64,000 bases of DNA from Dudresnaya verticillata (taxonomy: Eukaryota): NCBI GenBank assembly GCA_977862235.1, contig OZ374557.1, forward strand, positions 434,001 through 498,000. Direction: 5' to 3'. The notes under the pieces were generated by a model, which saw nothing but the letters and a program-made list of their open reading frames with translations, ran no database searches and was not told the DNA's origin. Below, piece by piece: positions 1 through 11,000 of the stretch. The translations under genes and the position numbers were made by a program. Numbering within the stretch: position 1 is the first letter of the stretch; every line of letters starts with the position of its first letter.

Positions 1-500
1 CCGTTACCGGACGTGTCGACACGTGTATGGGCGTGCGCACGCGGAACTTCCGTGTTGGTGCCTCAGCGGCGTACTCACCTTAGAGTAGCCATAGGCGCGT
101 ACTATTGTACAGTATTTAAGGCCGTCTGCCATCGATGGCTCAGTAAACCGGGCAAGCAACGGCTGGCGCTGATGCTTGACCCCAGTCTTGATCGTTCGAT
201 CCCTTTCCTCTACGCCAGCGGGCGGTTCTACTTTTTCCCTTGCCTCCCTAGGCTTACCTCTTCCTTTTCCTTTCCGCCGGCGTCGTGGCGCCCTTTGACA
301 GGGACGCTGGGATCCGGCCGCTGCCTACCCGCGTACGGTACGCCCCATGCGCGCTCCGGCATTGACGCCATTGATCCGCACCTGCGAAGCGCACGCGGCC
401 GACACCGCTCTACCACATTCAGGTACCCATCGACGGGTCTGGATGACGGCTTCGGATCAGCGAGTACCAGACGTCGGATCGACCCGACGTCTATACTACA
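1..500 (+). mobile_element. 3' part of putative LTR D (copies at 26097-26608 and 52206-52717)
   Basis: TATTTAA at 114-120, CCGCTCTACCAC box at 405-416 shared with LTRs A and B, and an end in ...TATACTACA at 500. No PBS follows, so a 3' or solo LTR. No TSD found. Confidence 0.5.
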
Positions 501-843
501 GGTACTTCCACCCCATATTAGCGCGTTGTAGAATATCTCAAAAACGATTGCAGATTTTATTAAACGGGCTTCGGAGCCGTTCCCCGCCCGCCAAGCAACG
601 TTTACAACACTCATTTAAATGCACTCTACTGTCCCCACTGTCCAGAATCTCCACTTTTGGGGGGTGCCTTATACTTTCTTGCAGCACTGTACCACCGGTA
701 CTTAAGCTAAAAACAGCCGAACAACGCCGCATGGCTGCCCTATGACACATTGGATACTTTCCCATCCACTATCGGTACCTTCGCAACATAGGCCTCCAAA
801 GATTCCTGGACGCACTGCAGGGGCTGAAACAAACACGCCTCTA
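501..843 (+). pseudogene. Possible degenerate C-terminus of a non-LTR (LINE) RT ORF
   Basis: Joining frames gives QILLNGLRSRSPPAKQRLQHSF / YCPHCPESP / FLQHC / LQRFLDAL, resembling the C-terminal zinc-knuckle region of LINE ORF2. Requires several frameshifts. Confidence 0.3.
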
Positions 844-1833
844 AGAAGCCAGAAAAAGACAGATAGCCCTAGCAATACATACAATTCGAACTATCCCAGA
901 CCCAAACAACATACAGCCATGCACCACGAAACGACAGTGACCAGCGTGCAGACCAACAGTTCAATACCCGGCGGAAACGTCATGTACGCCCCCCGTAACT
1001 AGAGGTTGGCAGCTCACCAGCCCAGGAGGATTTAGCCGACCCAAAGATAATAGTGAACGATTTCGCCAGGTGGGCTTCTTATGCTACTGCATGAAAGAAA
1101 TACCTTTTCTACTCAATGCATCGATGCCCTCGGTCGCTGGCGTGAAGGCCGAGCGACGGCTGATAAATTCTTCATTGTCTGAGCGACCCGAGGCAGGGAC
1201 CCGAGGCAGAGTCGCTCAGAGACCCCAAACAAAGGGATAAAGTCCGCCTTGCTGCCATCCTAAAAAACAATTACAACTGGATGGTGCGATGGCAGGAGGC
1301 GCAGATCGGCGCAGCCATTCTGGCAGGAAATCCCAAATGTTGCCAGAAATAGAAACAAAACAGATAAATAGCGGCAAACAGCGCCACTCCCGGTGCGCTC
1401 GAACCCTACCCTCGAGCGCCACCGGAAGCAAATCGGTACTGGCGACCCCGCTAGGGGCACATACGTCAGCCCAGCCCAGTCCGGAAGCACCGGCTGGAGT
1501 ACGAGTACGTATGATGAAGAGTTTGCTAGGCTTTACTTCGCCCAGGGACATCCGCGGTGAGAACGCGCAAAACGCTAGAAGTATAGCAAACGCTACTAAA
1601 GACAAAACGAACACGTACTAAAGACACGGGAAGTAGCGAGCTACTGAGCTCTCCTATCAGTTTGGCCGAGCGTCCCAGAGCGGAGCGGTGGCGAGCTAGA
1701 GAAGATGAGCTCGCTGTGCCGCTCCACGCACCGCCGACCCTCGGCATGTCTATTTCTCTTTCTGAAAGAGAACTACCCCCTCGCTGGGCGGAGACGACTT
1801 CTAAGCAGCACAATCAGCGTGCTTTAGAGCGAC

Positions 1834-2508
1834 ATGTCCGCAGCAGAACAAACCGACGAAGCCCCGGCGCCGGGGCCGCCCGCGCCCCTTCCTGCCCCGG
1901 TCGCGCCAGCCGCTACCCTACGTGCGGCATGGTCGACCGGGAAGCCGGAGCGCCGCGACTTCGGGGCGGTAGTGACGGAACGCAATGCGCTCAAGCTGGT
2001 GGGGGAAGGCAGCGTCTTCGAGCGGGGCAGCCATGTTCCAGTAACGCACATAGGCTACTTCAAACCCCCCCGCTGACGCGTTCCTCTCCGACCTTCGCTC
2101 CAAGGACCGACGGTCCGAGAAGGAGTGGGAATATATCAACGCCGTCGGGGTCTGGACCGAACTGGGCCTGGCGGCGCTAGAAGTGGCAAAAGGAACGAAT
2201 GGGACTGTAGAGGAGATGGGTAGGCGGCTCTTACTGGCTGAAAATCCTTCAAGGCCGCGTTGGAGGTACTGTCTATGCGGGAGCAGTACGTTCGGGACAT
2301 GACGGAGCAGGGAGTGGAGACCACACGACAGATGTCCTTTCTCGTTGAACAAGGACACGACGCCGTGTTTAGTGATTCATACCGCTCTGCTCGAGTGGCT
2401 CTTACCTCGAAACTCGAGATCGAGGCCGCAAAGCAGCTCTCCAAGGCGCGCCTGGAGCAGGCCAGCCGAAACTCATCGGGTGGACCCTCGGGGTCCGCCG
2501 ATCAGTGA
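1834..2508 (+). pseudogene. DIRS gag-like ORF, frameshifted
   Basis: ATG at 1834; fragments 1834-2076, an intermediate frame (KEWEYINAVGVWTELG) and 2260-2508. Helical character, directly upstream of RT. Confidence 0.55.
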
Positions 2509-2573
2509 TGGCATGACAAGGAGCAAGGACCACAGGGACGTTTGGGGGACAACCACTGTGGAGAGGGACGTCC

Positions 2574-3615
2574 TTGAAGGCCGAAGTGTGGGGGTCGGTT
2601 CTCGGGGCGTCGGAATACCTGGTACGGGCTATCAGGTACGGGATAAGGGACCTGCCCTCCGAGCCCTTTACGGGCGGTACCGTCCTTGGGCGAATCCGCC
2701 AGTCAGCGGAGGACAGGATGTTTGGTGTTGGGGACCTGGAAAAAGGATGTAGGGAAGGGATCTACGAGGAGGTGAAAGAGGAGGAGGTGAAGCATCTGGT
2801 AGGGGAAGGAAAGATGGTGTCGTCGGCTTTCGTGGTGTGGCAAGGGGAAGGGGAGGAGAGGAACGGTCGGTTCGTTATAAAATTCCACCGCCAGAGCAAG
2901 CACTGGCCGAAGGGGCGTCTGAAGATGGAGACGCTCCCCTCCTTCCCGGTGGACATTCGGCAAGGGGATTACCTTATGTCGTGGGACATCAAGAGCGGGT
3001 ACAGGCACTTTTACCTGCACCCTCAGATGAGGGACTTCTCCTATTCCGCTACGAAGGGAGGTTCTACAGGTGCATAGCCTTGTCGTTCGGGTTGGGAAAT
3101 CGGTACTCTGGTTTACGAAGCTGCTTCTCCTTCTGGTACGCTATCTGCGAGAGAAGATGGGCTACCGCGTCTTGCCCTACATCGAAGATTTCTTGGCAGC
3201 TCCTGCGCCACACGGCAGAGCTTCCACAAAGGCCGATCGTCGACGCGCGCAGGGTCGCCTCGCGATACTGTTCAACTGGCTGGGCATCGTAAGACATTGC
3301 GAGAAGGGCTGTTGGGACGGCAGCCAGGGACTGGATCACCTGGGCATGCATATAGACACCGTGTCGATGTGTGTCTACGTGTCGGACAAGAAGGTCGTCC
3401 GCGTTCAGGCTTTGGCGAAGAAGATACTGATGTTGGCTCAACTGAACCGCTGTTTAGTCTCGCTGGACTTGTTGCGGCATTTATGCGGGGTTTGCGTGTC
3501 CCTCACGCTCGCGCTTCCCCCCGCTCGCTTCGACACCCGCTCACTCTACTTCGACATGAGTCTGGCAGAGCGGAAGGAGCGAGGGCCAAGTCCGCAGCGG
3601 AGGTCCGGCCAATGA
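2574..3615 (+). pseudogene. DIRS reverse transcriptase, frameshifted
   Basis: Motifs KMETL, SWDIKSGYRHF, ALSFGL, LPYIEDFL (decayed YIDD) and HLGMHIDT, split over three frames. Confidence 0.88.
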
Positions 3616-3778
3616 CCGAGGGTCAGCGAGGTCGGCAGGCTGCGTCGCAGCGCCGCAGGCGCGCCCGCACGCCCTTCGGGTACGGCTGTGCCGCCAGTCT
3701 CTACGAGACTTGCGGTAGTGGCGTTCGCTTTCTCGCGGCGAGGGCCCCAACCTAGTCAGACCTGGTCCGGACCTTACG

Positions 3779-4165
3779 ATGCACAGCGACGCGGCGGACG
3801 TTGGATATGGCGGCACGCTCGGCAAGGACGAGGCGCAAGGCTTATCGGGTTTGTGGGAGGGTCAAGGTTTCTGGACGGCGGCCGATCGAGCGCGCTCGAT
3901 TACTTTACGGGAGCTCCGCGCCGTCCGCCTCCTCCTCCACCGACACTTTGCCGACTACGTATCCGACCCGAACGTTCGCCGCCTACTTCCTCACGAAGAC
4001 AATCAGGCGGTGGTCTACGTGTTGAACGCAATGGTGTCCGCGTCAAAGGAAATCATGGTGGAGCTGTGAGGTCTGGAGGTGCTACTGCGTGTGTTGGGGG
4101 TGAAGATAGACGCCCGGTGGATCCCGTCCGCGGTGAATCGCTTCGCCGACGCGGTATCGCGAACG
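3779..4165 (+). pseudogene. DIRS-type RNase H with internal stop
   Basis: HSDAADVGYGG, ITLRELRAV, EDNQAVVYVLN, ARWIPSAVNRFADAVSR; TGA at 4067-4069. Confidence 0.88.
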
Positions 4166-4326
4166 TGGGATCCAGGCGACGCACGGGTAGCCGACCGCAT
4201 ACTGCAGTCGATACAGCACGAGTATCGGCTGGACGACGTCGTGTTTTGGCGTCGACCGCTGGGAGAGACGGCAGTGGCGCGGTCGAAGTATCTCGCAACG
4301 CAGATACAGGAAGATTGCGGCGATGG

Positions 4327-4636
4327 AGCAGCGCGCTTGTGGAATCCCCGTTCGACATGCTCCCCTTGGTGGTGAAGAAGCTCGAGGAGGATGGCGCACA
4401 GCGGGAGGGGTATTTTGGTCGCACCGAACTGGAGGGCGCAAGCTTGGTTCCCGCGCTTGTGCGCTCTCAGTTCGAACATGACCGTTATACGTCCCGGCGA
4501 GGCGAGCGACCTCTCGCCACACGCAACTCCGCTTCTCCATGGCGACGTGGGGAACGCTCGCTGGTCCATCGTGGTAGCAGCAGTGGGATTGCCGCCTCCT
4601 GGAAGGACGGGATCCGAGATGCTGTCCATGCACTAA
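4327..4636 (+). pseudogene. DIRS adenine-methyltransferase-like domain remnant
   Basis: Across frameshifts reads LWNP(P)FDMLPLVVKKL...GILVAPNWRAQAWFPRL, matching the NPPF / LVAPxWxxQxW pattern after RNase H in DIRS elements. Confidence 0.7.
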
Positions 4637-4780
4637 CCGGCCCCAGCCCAACTGGTGAGGTGCAGGAGGCAGCGGACCTCTTGGCGTGTGGTATAGACGC
4701 TATGCGCAAAACGACCCCGTCGTCTACGTGAAAAATAATCGAGAAATACGAATTTCGAAGTGACTCCGTGAATGCGCACG

Positions 4781-4965
4781 CCACGATGGCAAACGTATTA
4801 CAGTGCGCATACTCTGCGTGTGCCACGATGGCATTAGCATTACAGCACGCACGCGATACGAAATCGCTGACACCTCTGGACGAATTCCGAGCGGACTTCG
4901 TGATCGCGCGCACCACGATGGCATTCGCATTACAGTGCGCACCCGATACGAAATCGCTGACACCT
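4781..4965. repeat. Three imperfect direct repeats (CCACGATGGCA...TTACAG), two extended by CGATACGAAATCGCTGACACCT
   Basis: Units start at 4781, 4823 and 4913. Confidence 0.9.
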
Positions 4966-4991
4966 TCGTGACCTTCCCGTTGTTTCCTGCG

Positions 4992-5528
4992 TGTAACGGC
5001 ACCTCGGCCCACGACGCGCGTGCACCTCCGTATGCATCGCTGGCGCACTTCGTAACCGCCACCATACGTGAGACGACCGTTCGTTGGCACCGAGGCCGTT
5101 ACGAATCATTCGATTACGAACCGTCTCCCGCGTTGACGTGTATTCGTGCTCACGTAGTATTACTTAGCCAGTCGTCTGGCACAACCTCCGAGGGTTTCCG
5201 GTAAGCGACTAGCGCCCGGACCTCGGAGTCTTCGGTAAACGCCTGTTTCTTCGAGTTCGGTGTCTTCGTCTTCGTGACCGCGGATACCGTCGAGCCTCGC
5301 TTTCGATAGCCCCGCGTACCCGGAGTCATCCCCGGTGATCGATCGCTCGAGTTCTCCCTTCCGCACACGAATACGTTGACACCGTGGTCCTTCGTGTTGG
5401 TCGCTCCGCTCTACCACGCTACCACCCCTTTTCGTTTCTCCGTTAGGCTACGAGGCCATTCGTTAGGCTCCGAGGCCATTACTTACAGTGCGAGACTTCC
5501 GCGTCACCGTGGACTTCGTTATACCACA
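4992..5528 (+). repeat. Putative 5' LTR of element A
   Basis: Starts TGTAACG; ends CGTTATA (5523) or ...CACA (5528) just before the PBS. Contains a 20-bp tandem duplication at 5441-5480. No partner LTR to confirm the ends. Confidence 0.6.
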
Positions 5529-5529
5529 C

Positions 5530-5547
5530 TGGTCTCCCGACGTAGAA
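5530..5547 (+). promoter_or_regulatory. Primer-binding site of A, tRNA-Tyr type
   Basis: TGGTCTCCCGACGTAGAA, 17/18 identical to the PBS of element B. Confidence 0.85.
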
Positions 5548-5598
5548 GTGGTTCCGAAGTTTCGCATTTATTCGTAATTAGTTTCTATCCGAGACACA

Positions 5599-8045
5599 AT
5601 GTCTCACGCTCCGAGTCGTCCCGATTCGCCGGTACCGAAATCCGATGACGTACCGATTCCGGAGCTCCCGTTATTTTGCTCGAACGCGAGTGACCGAGAA
5701 CCGTTTTCTCGCGCTCGCGCCTCACGTATAACGGTACCCGATCTTCGCACAGACTCGCGTTCGCAGGCTCACGGTAGCCAGTCCGACCTTTCGTATACGT
5801 ACACGCCATTGGAAATCGTTCCCTCGGATACCGTCGATCGACTCTTCTCGATGAAGGAAGTCTCCGGTGCAGAACTACGTTTACTCTACGAAGAAGTCAT
5901 CGACACGCTTTCCACTGCGTACCGTATCACGCAGCTCTCAATTCGTAATACGCGTAATCGAGGCACGAAGAGTTCAACAATTTCCGCGCTGGCAAGGTCC
6001 GTAGGATCGAAGACTCACTCGAGAGTCTGCGGGATCTTGTCTCTGGAGTCAGCAACCGGTTTCTCGTGCTCGAGCACAACATATCCGCCCCCGTAGGCAA
6101 GGCGAGTCACTCTCTTCCCGTTAGCAGCTCGCACGCATTCTCGGAGGAACAGTTGAACGCTGTTCGTGACATCGTGTCCGCAGCGTTACCGAAGGAAAGT
6201 CTCGAAGTCGCGAAGATCTTCCCAAAGCCCGTCCTGACCCCCGCAATTCGCCGATTGTTCAACCTGTGCAAGGCCCGGGTGCCCAATCTACGTTACCGAA
6301 AAACACGTATCCGAATCAGTCCCCGCACCCTTTATCGGATCAGGCAACCGATGCCTCCGACAACCCCCGTATCAACCCCGCAGTATTCCGAGCTTCACTT
6401 CAACCACCGATGTCCCCCGGAGGACCCGTAATCGAAAATCCGTTATCGCTCGCGGGACCCGTGTCATCGTTCTGGCTCTGGGGACCGCTCGAGCCGGGCG
6501 TCGAACCGATACCGACGCTCATTCCCGAATTCGCGCGAGCCGTAAGCTATCGATCGTATCGACTCACGAATTGGTCATCTCGGGATAATCAACACGAAGT
6601 CTTCCGAGGTAACAAGTCGAAAACTGTTTCCCGCATGCGTTCGATGATGCCTAGACTCGAGACGTTTACGGGACGCGATAGGATTAAGGTTCTCGCATTT
6701 CTTCGTGATATTCGACAAGCGCTGAACGGAGTCGGGCTCACCGAAGGAGCAGCAGTTCGAACGATTTCGTGGTTCCTCGACGAGACCGCGCTCAAGGTGT
6801 ATCAACACTATGCCTTCGGAGGCGTTCGTACTGGCAACCTGGTTTGCTGGTCCGCTATCGTGAACGTATTGCTACAACGATTTCTCACGGAAGATGTAAT
6901 CGCTGACGCACAATATCGCGTGGTTACCGCGAAGCAGAAGTCCGAAGGAACAGAGATGGAATTCGCCACCCATCTCCAAGACTATGTGGATGTCTGCTCA
7001 GGTGTCTACGATGACTCTTGGTTAACGCACCAATTTATTCGTGGACTCCTACCTACTACGTACCCTATCGTGGCCGACCAGGTTCGCTGTTTACCGTTGT
7101 CCGAGCAAAAGAATTTCATGAGCGTACAACGAATCGCGGAAGCCGAAGGCGACATTCCGAGCTCGCGAACTACGTGACACCGCGGCCCAAAAGTCGCGTG
7201 ATTCGAAGAACCGAACGTCCGCTACGTACCCGAAGAGTCGCCAAGCGCCCGGACGCACGATGCTTATCGAAGCTTGCGACACTCCCGGGAGTGAATACGA
7301 GTGCAAGATGAACGAAGATCCGCAAATGGCCGTGATGATGATTCGTTCAGGAACCGGGTCCACATCCGCTACACCGACTACTTCGACAACGGTCTCCGTG
7401 GACGATAAGTTAGATCGCACAGTCGTATCGAGCGTTTTGTACCCGCACGTGTCCCCCCGATGACTACGGAGCAAATCGAGATGGCGCGTTCGATGATCCC
7501 GAGGAACCAGGATGCGTGGCCGTGTTGGTTCTGTCGCGAAATCGTTCACCTGGTGTATTCGTGTCCGTATCTCACGAAGGAGCAACAACTCTACTGCGCG
7601 TATCAGAACTATCTCTATCAACTCAAGACGAGACCGTATACGCGTAGTAACTTCGTGAATCGCGGTGCCGTAAGAGAGAATTCGTTCGCGTCCGTTGACA
7701 ATCGAGGTCACCGTGGACTCCCGAGGATCGCGTGACAATCGCGTAAACCGAGACCTTCGTCAAGGCGATACGCGCTACCCGAGGGACTGAGCCCAGCGTC
7801 AAGTCAGCTTTGAGCGTCGAGGGCCGCCGACCGTCCTCTGCAATCCGAGACACGCGCAGGCCCCGGGCCGTCAACCGGTTCTTGCAGTCCGTAAAAAAGT
7901 TGACGCGATTGAGCCGAGTCACCCGATTCTGCCCTCGGAGGCTTACGAAGGCTCCGCGAATATAGGAAGAGGTGATCGATTAACCGCCCCTTTGGACGCG
8001 GACGCTCGTAATTCGGAATCTAATTCGAGTTCGGAAAACGAGTAA
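5599..8045 (+). pseudogene. gag: Gag of element A, fragmented
   Basis: Capsid-like 6266-7177 (TFTGRDRIKVLAFL, FIRGL); CCHC knuckle CWFCREIVHLVYSC in 7460-7735; TAA at 8043-8045. Confidence 0.82.
8033..8039 (+). promoter_or_regulatory. Candidate -1 frameshift heptamer G_GAA_AAC (A)
   Basis: One codon before a TAA in the zero frame; the -1 frame is open into pol (8063). Confidence 0.7.
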
Positions 8046-11000
8046 AGGCGAAGACGCCCGTTGTGTCACGTACTTCGTCTGAATCCGTTCCCCGAGACAC
8101 TCCGCGTATTCCGATTCCGAGAGCCGCTGCGATGCGAAGGAAGCGCGCTGCACGACGACGAGACCGAAAGCGATGTCGAATCCTCGCGAAAGACGCTTCG
8201 TGCGAAAACAATTCGAAGAAGATACCGATCTCGAAGATCGAACCCGAAGTTACCACCGAGGGATACGTTTGCTTGATGACTTCGGAGATCTTCCTCGTGA
8301 CCGGATCCATTGGCCTCGATGCCTCCGTAATGACGCCGCATACGATTGCCGTCGATACGTGTTCCGGTTACAACGTAATAGCCCGGGCTGCGTTACCCAC
8401 CGGTTGGGAAGCGAACGCGTCCACGATGGAATCGGCTCCGAGGCTCGCGTCCGCTGATCGCACCCCGTTGCGACTCGATGGTATCGTTTACCTGACAGTC
8501 CGCCTTGGGAACGTTCGATACCGCGTACCCTTCGTGGTTGTGGAGAAACTCGCAGTCGACGTTCTCCTTGGAACTTCGTGGATGGACGCGCATTTACGAA
8601 GCATCGAGCTCAGCCCACAGAGGCTCATCGCGAAGGGTGGAAGCACGATTCCAATTATCAACCGCATTGCTGGACCGGCTCCGCCCGCTACTAATTCGAA
8701 AATTCCGAAGCAGAAATTCGAGAAAACGCTATCGAAGCGACACCAACGTGAGCTCCACGATTGGGACCGAGATACCCGTACCATTCGTTTGAACCGCCGC
8801 GTCACCATACCGAGTTATTCGCACAAGCTAGTCACCGTGACCTCGGAAGCACTCGGACTAATTCATATCGAACCGAAGCCTTCGTTACAACACCGACGCG
8901 GAGTACGGTTAACAAACGGGATACACGAAGTCAGTCCGGATCGCGAGTTTTCGGTGTTGATGGCGAACTTCACGGATAAGCCTCGAGCTCTACCAAAGGG
9001 AACCGTCATCGGATACGCAGCTCGAAACCCGCTCGCGATTCTGACACCCGATCGCGAAGTCGTGGATTCGTTTGCCAAGGTGCTCAACATCTCTACGCTA
9101 CGTGAGCACGATGAATCGAAGTCACCCGAAGAATCCGTATCCACGAAGGAAAAACCGCTCACGAAGGGCGCCACGACTGCAGCAGCAGAAGCCAATTCGA
9201 GTTCCCGCGATTGGGAAGAACGCGTATACCTTTCGAACATACCCGATGAAACTATGCGGAACGAGGTCCTCGAGATGCTACGTAAGCACGAATCAATGTG
9301 GAACGGAGACCTCGGATCGATCGCAGCCACGGAGCATCGGATCGATCTACAACCCGGGACTCGACCTATTCGTTCGATGCCCTACCGTCAAGGGCCCGCA
9401 ATACTTGAAATCGTTCGTAACGAAATCGACAGTATGCTCGAAGCCGGAGTAATCGAACCAGCCATCTCGGAGTGGGCGTCCCCCGTAGTCCTCGCACCGA
9501 AGAAAGACGGAACACTTCGTTTTTGTGTAGATTACCGAAGACTCAATACGAAGACACTATCCGACGCGTACCTGCTTCCCCGGATGGAAGATTGTATCGA
9601 TTCACTCGGAGACGCTTCGATTTTCTCGACACTCGATTGTAACAGCGGTTACTGGCAGATTCCAGTTGCCCCGGAAGACGGCGACAAGACTACGTTTACT
9701 TCGTTTCTCGGAACTTATCGTTATCTTCGTATGCACTTCGGTTTGAAAAACGCGTCCGCTACGTTTCAACGTGCACTCGATATCATTCTATCCCGAGTCC
9801 GTTGGCAGTGTTGTCTCGTTTACCTCGATGATGTGATCGTTTTCTCCACGAATCTTCGTGAACACATCGCGCATCTCGATCAAGCCCTCACGCTACTTCG
9901 TAACTCCGGGGTTTCGCTCAAAATGAATAAGTGCTTCCTTTTCCGCAAGCGAGTCGACTATCTCGGACACGTAATTTCCCCGGGGAAGCTGAGTATGGCC
10001 GAGAGGAGCTCCGAGGCATTCCGATACGCGAAGTTCCCGAAGACCCTCACGCAAGTCCGTTCGTTCCTCGGTGCGTGTAACGTATAACGAAGATTCTTGA
10101 AATACTTCGCGAAACTTGCGCGCCCGTTGACGAACATGACACGAAAGGACGAGGATCCTGACTACGGGAAACGCTCCATAATCGATACGGGCGCGTCTGT
10201 GTATCAACTTGGGTGCGCGTTGCTACAGGAGCAAGATGACGAAGAGTTCCAACCGGTGAGCTACTGGTCTTATTCGTTAAAAGATGCCGAGAAGAACTAC
10301 TCCGCAACCGAGCGCGAATGCTACGCAGTCGTATGGGCGGTTACTTCGTTACGTCCGTATATCGAAGGAACCCGGTTCACCGTGCGTACGGACCACGACG
10401 CGCTCCACTGGATTCGTTCTCTCACCGATTCGTCCGGGCGACTCACCCGATGGAGGCTTCGCTTAGCCGAATTCGACTTCGAAATCGTGTATCGCCCGGT
10501 CGCGTCCACCAGATTCTCGATGCCCTCTCGAGATTGCTACTTCCGCATCGCGAACAACCCGCAATCGACGACGAAGTGCCTACGTTTGACTCGGATCAAA
10601 ACGCCGCAAAGCACGAAGCACGCTTCCGAAACGACGTCGCGAAAACTATCGAAAACGCAAGAGACCCAGTTCTCATCACTACGCGATCTCTCAAACGTCA
10701 AACGAACGTTATCGCGATTCGCCACGACTCCACGAGGACGACCACGCCCGCAAAATGGGTAATTCGAGCCGGCACTACGCAAAGACCCACGGAGGCCCCA
10801 AAAAATAACGCAGCTCACCATCCGCAAAGCCACGAAGGCTGCGCCCACGCCCACGACGAAGCACTGCGTGATAAATATGCAGGAAAAAACAAGGTCTACG
10901 ATGACTGCGATTTATGGGACGATATCGATGACGATGATCTGTTTGACATTTATCGAATCGATCCTAACGAAGAACCGCGTGACCTAACCGATGTCAAACC

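Larger units (their letters stand above)
1834..4720 (+). mobile_element. Truncated, degenerate DIRS-type (tyrosine-recombinase) retrotransposon, copy 1
   Basis: Gag-like ORF, then DIRS-style RT, RNase H and methyltransferase motifs. Coding similarity stops near 4720, before any recombinase catalytic motif. Confidence 0.85.

Noticed and set aside
1403..1412. ACCCTACCCT as a telomerase template
   Set aside because: Too short, and no host telomere sequence is available; kept only as part of the hairpin cluster.
1160..1530. Hammerhead ribozyme
   Set aside because: No CTGANGA core with GAAA in a proper three-stem arrangement found on either strand.
3688..4731. 347-aa ORF and other overlapping ORFs (e.g. 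13-531, 7091-7738, 4485-5090) as genes
   Set aside because: Mostly alternative frames of GC-rich TE sequence with no motifs; only short parts of 3688-4731 carry real DIRS coding.
4781..4965. CRISPR-like repeat and spacer pattern
   Set aside because: Only three degenerate units, irregular spacing, no cas genes, eukaryotic TE context.
5406..5424. tRNA gene or SINE on the minus strand at the D-arm-like box
   Set aside because: No cloverleaf or correctly spaced B box seen.
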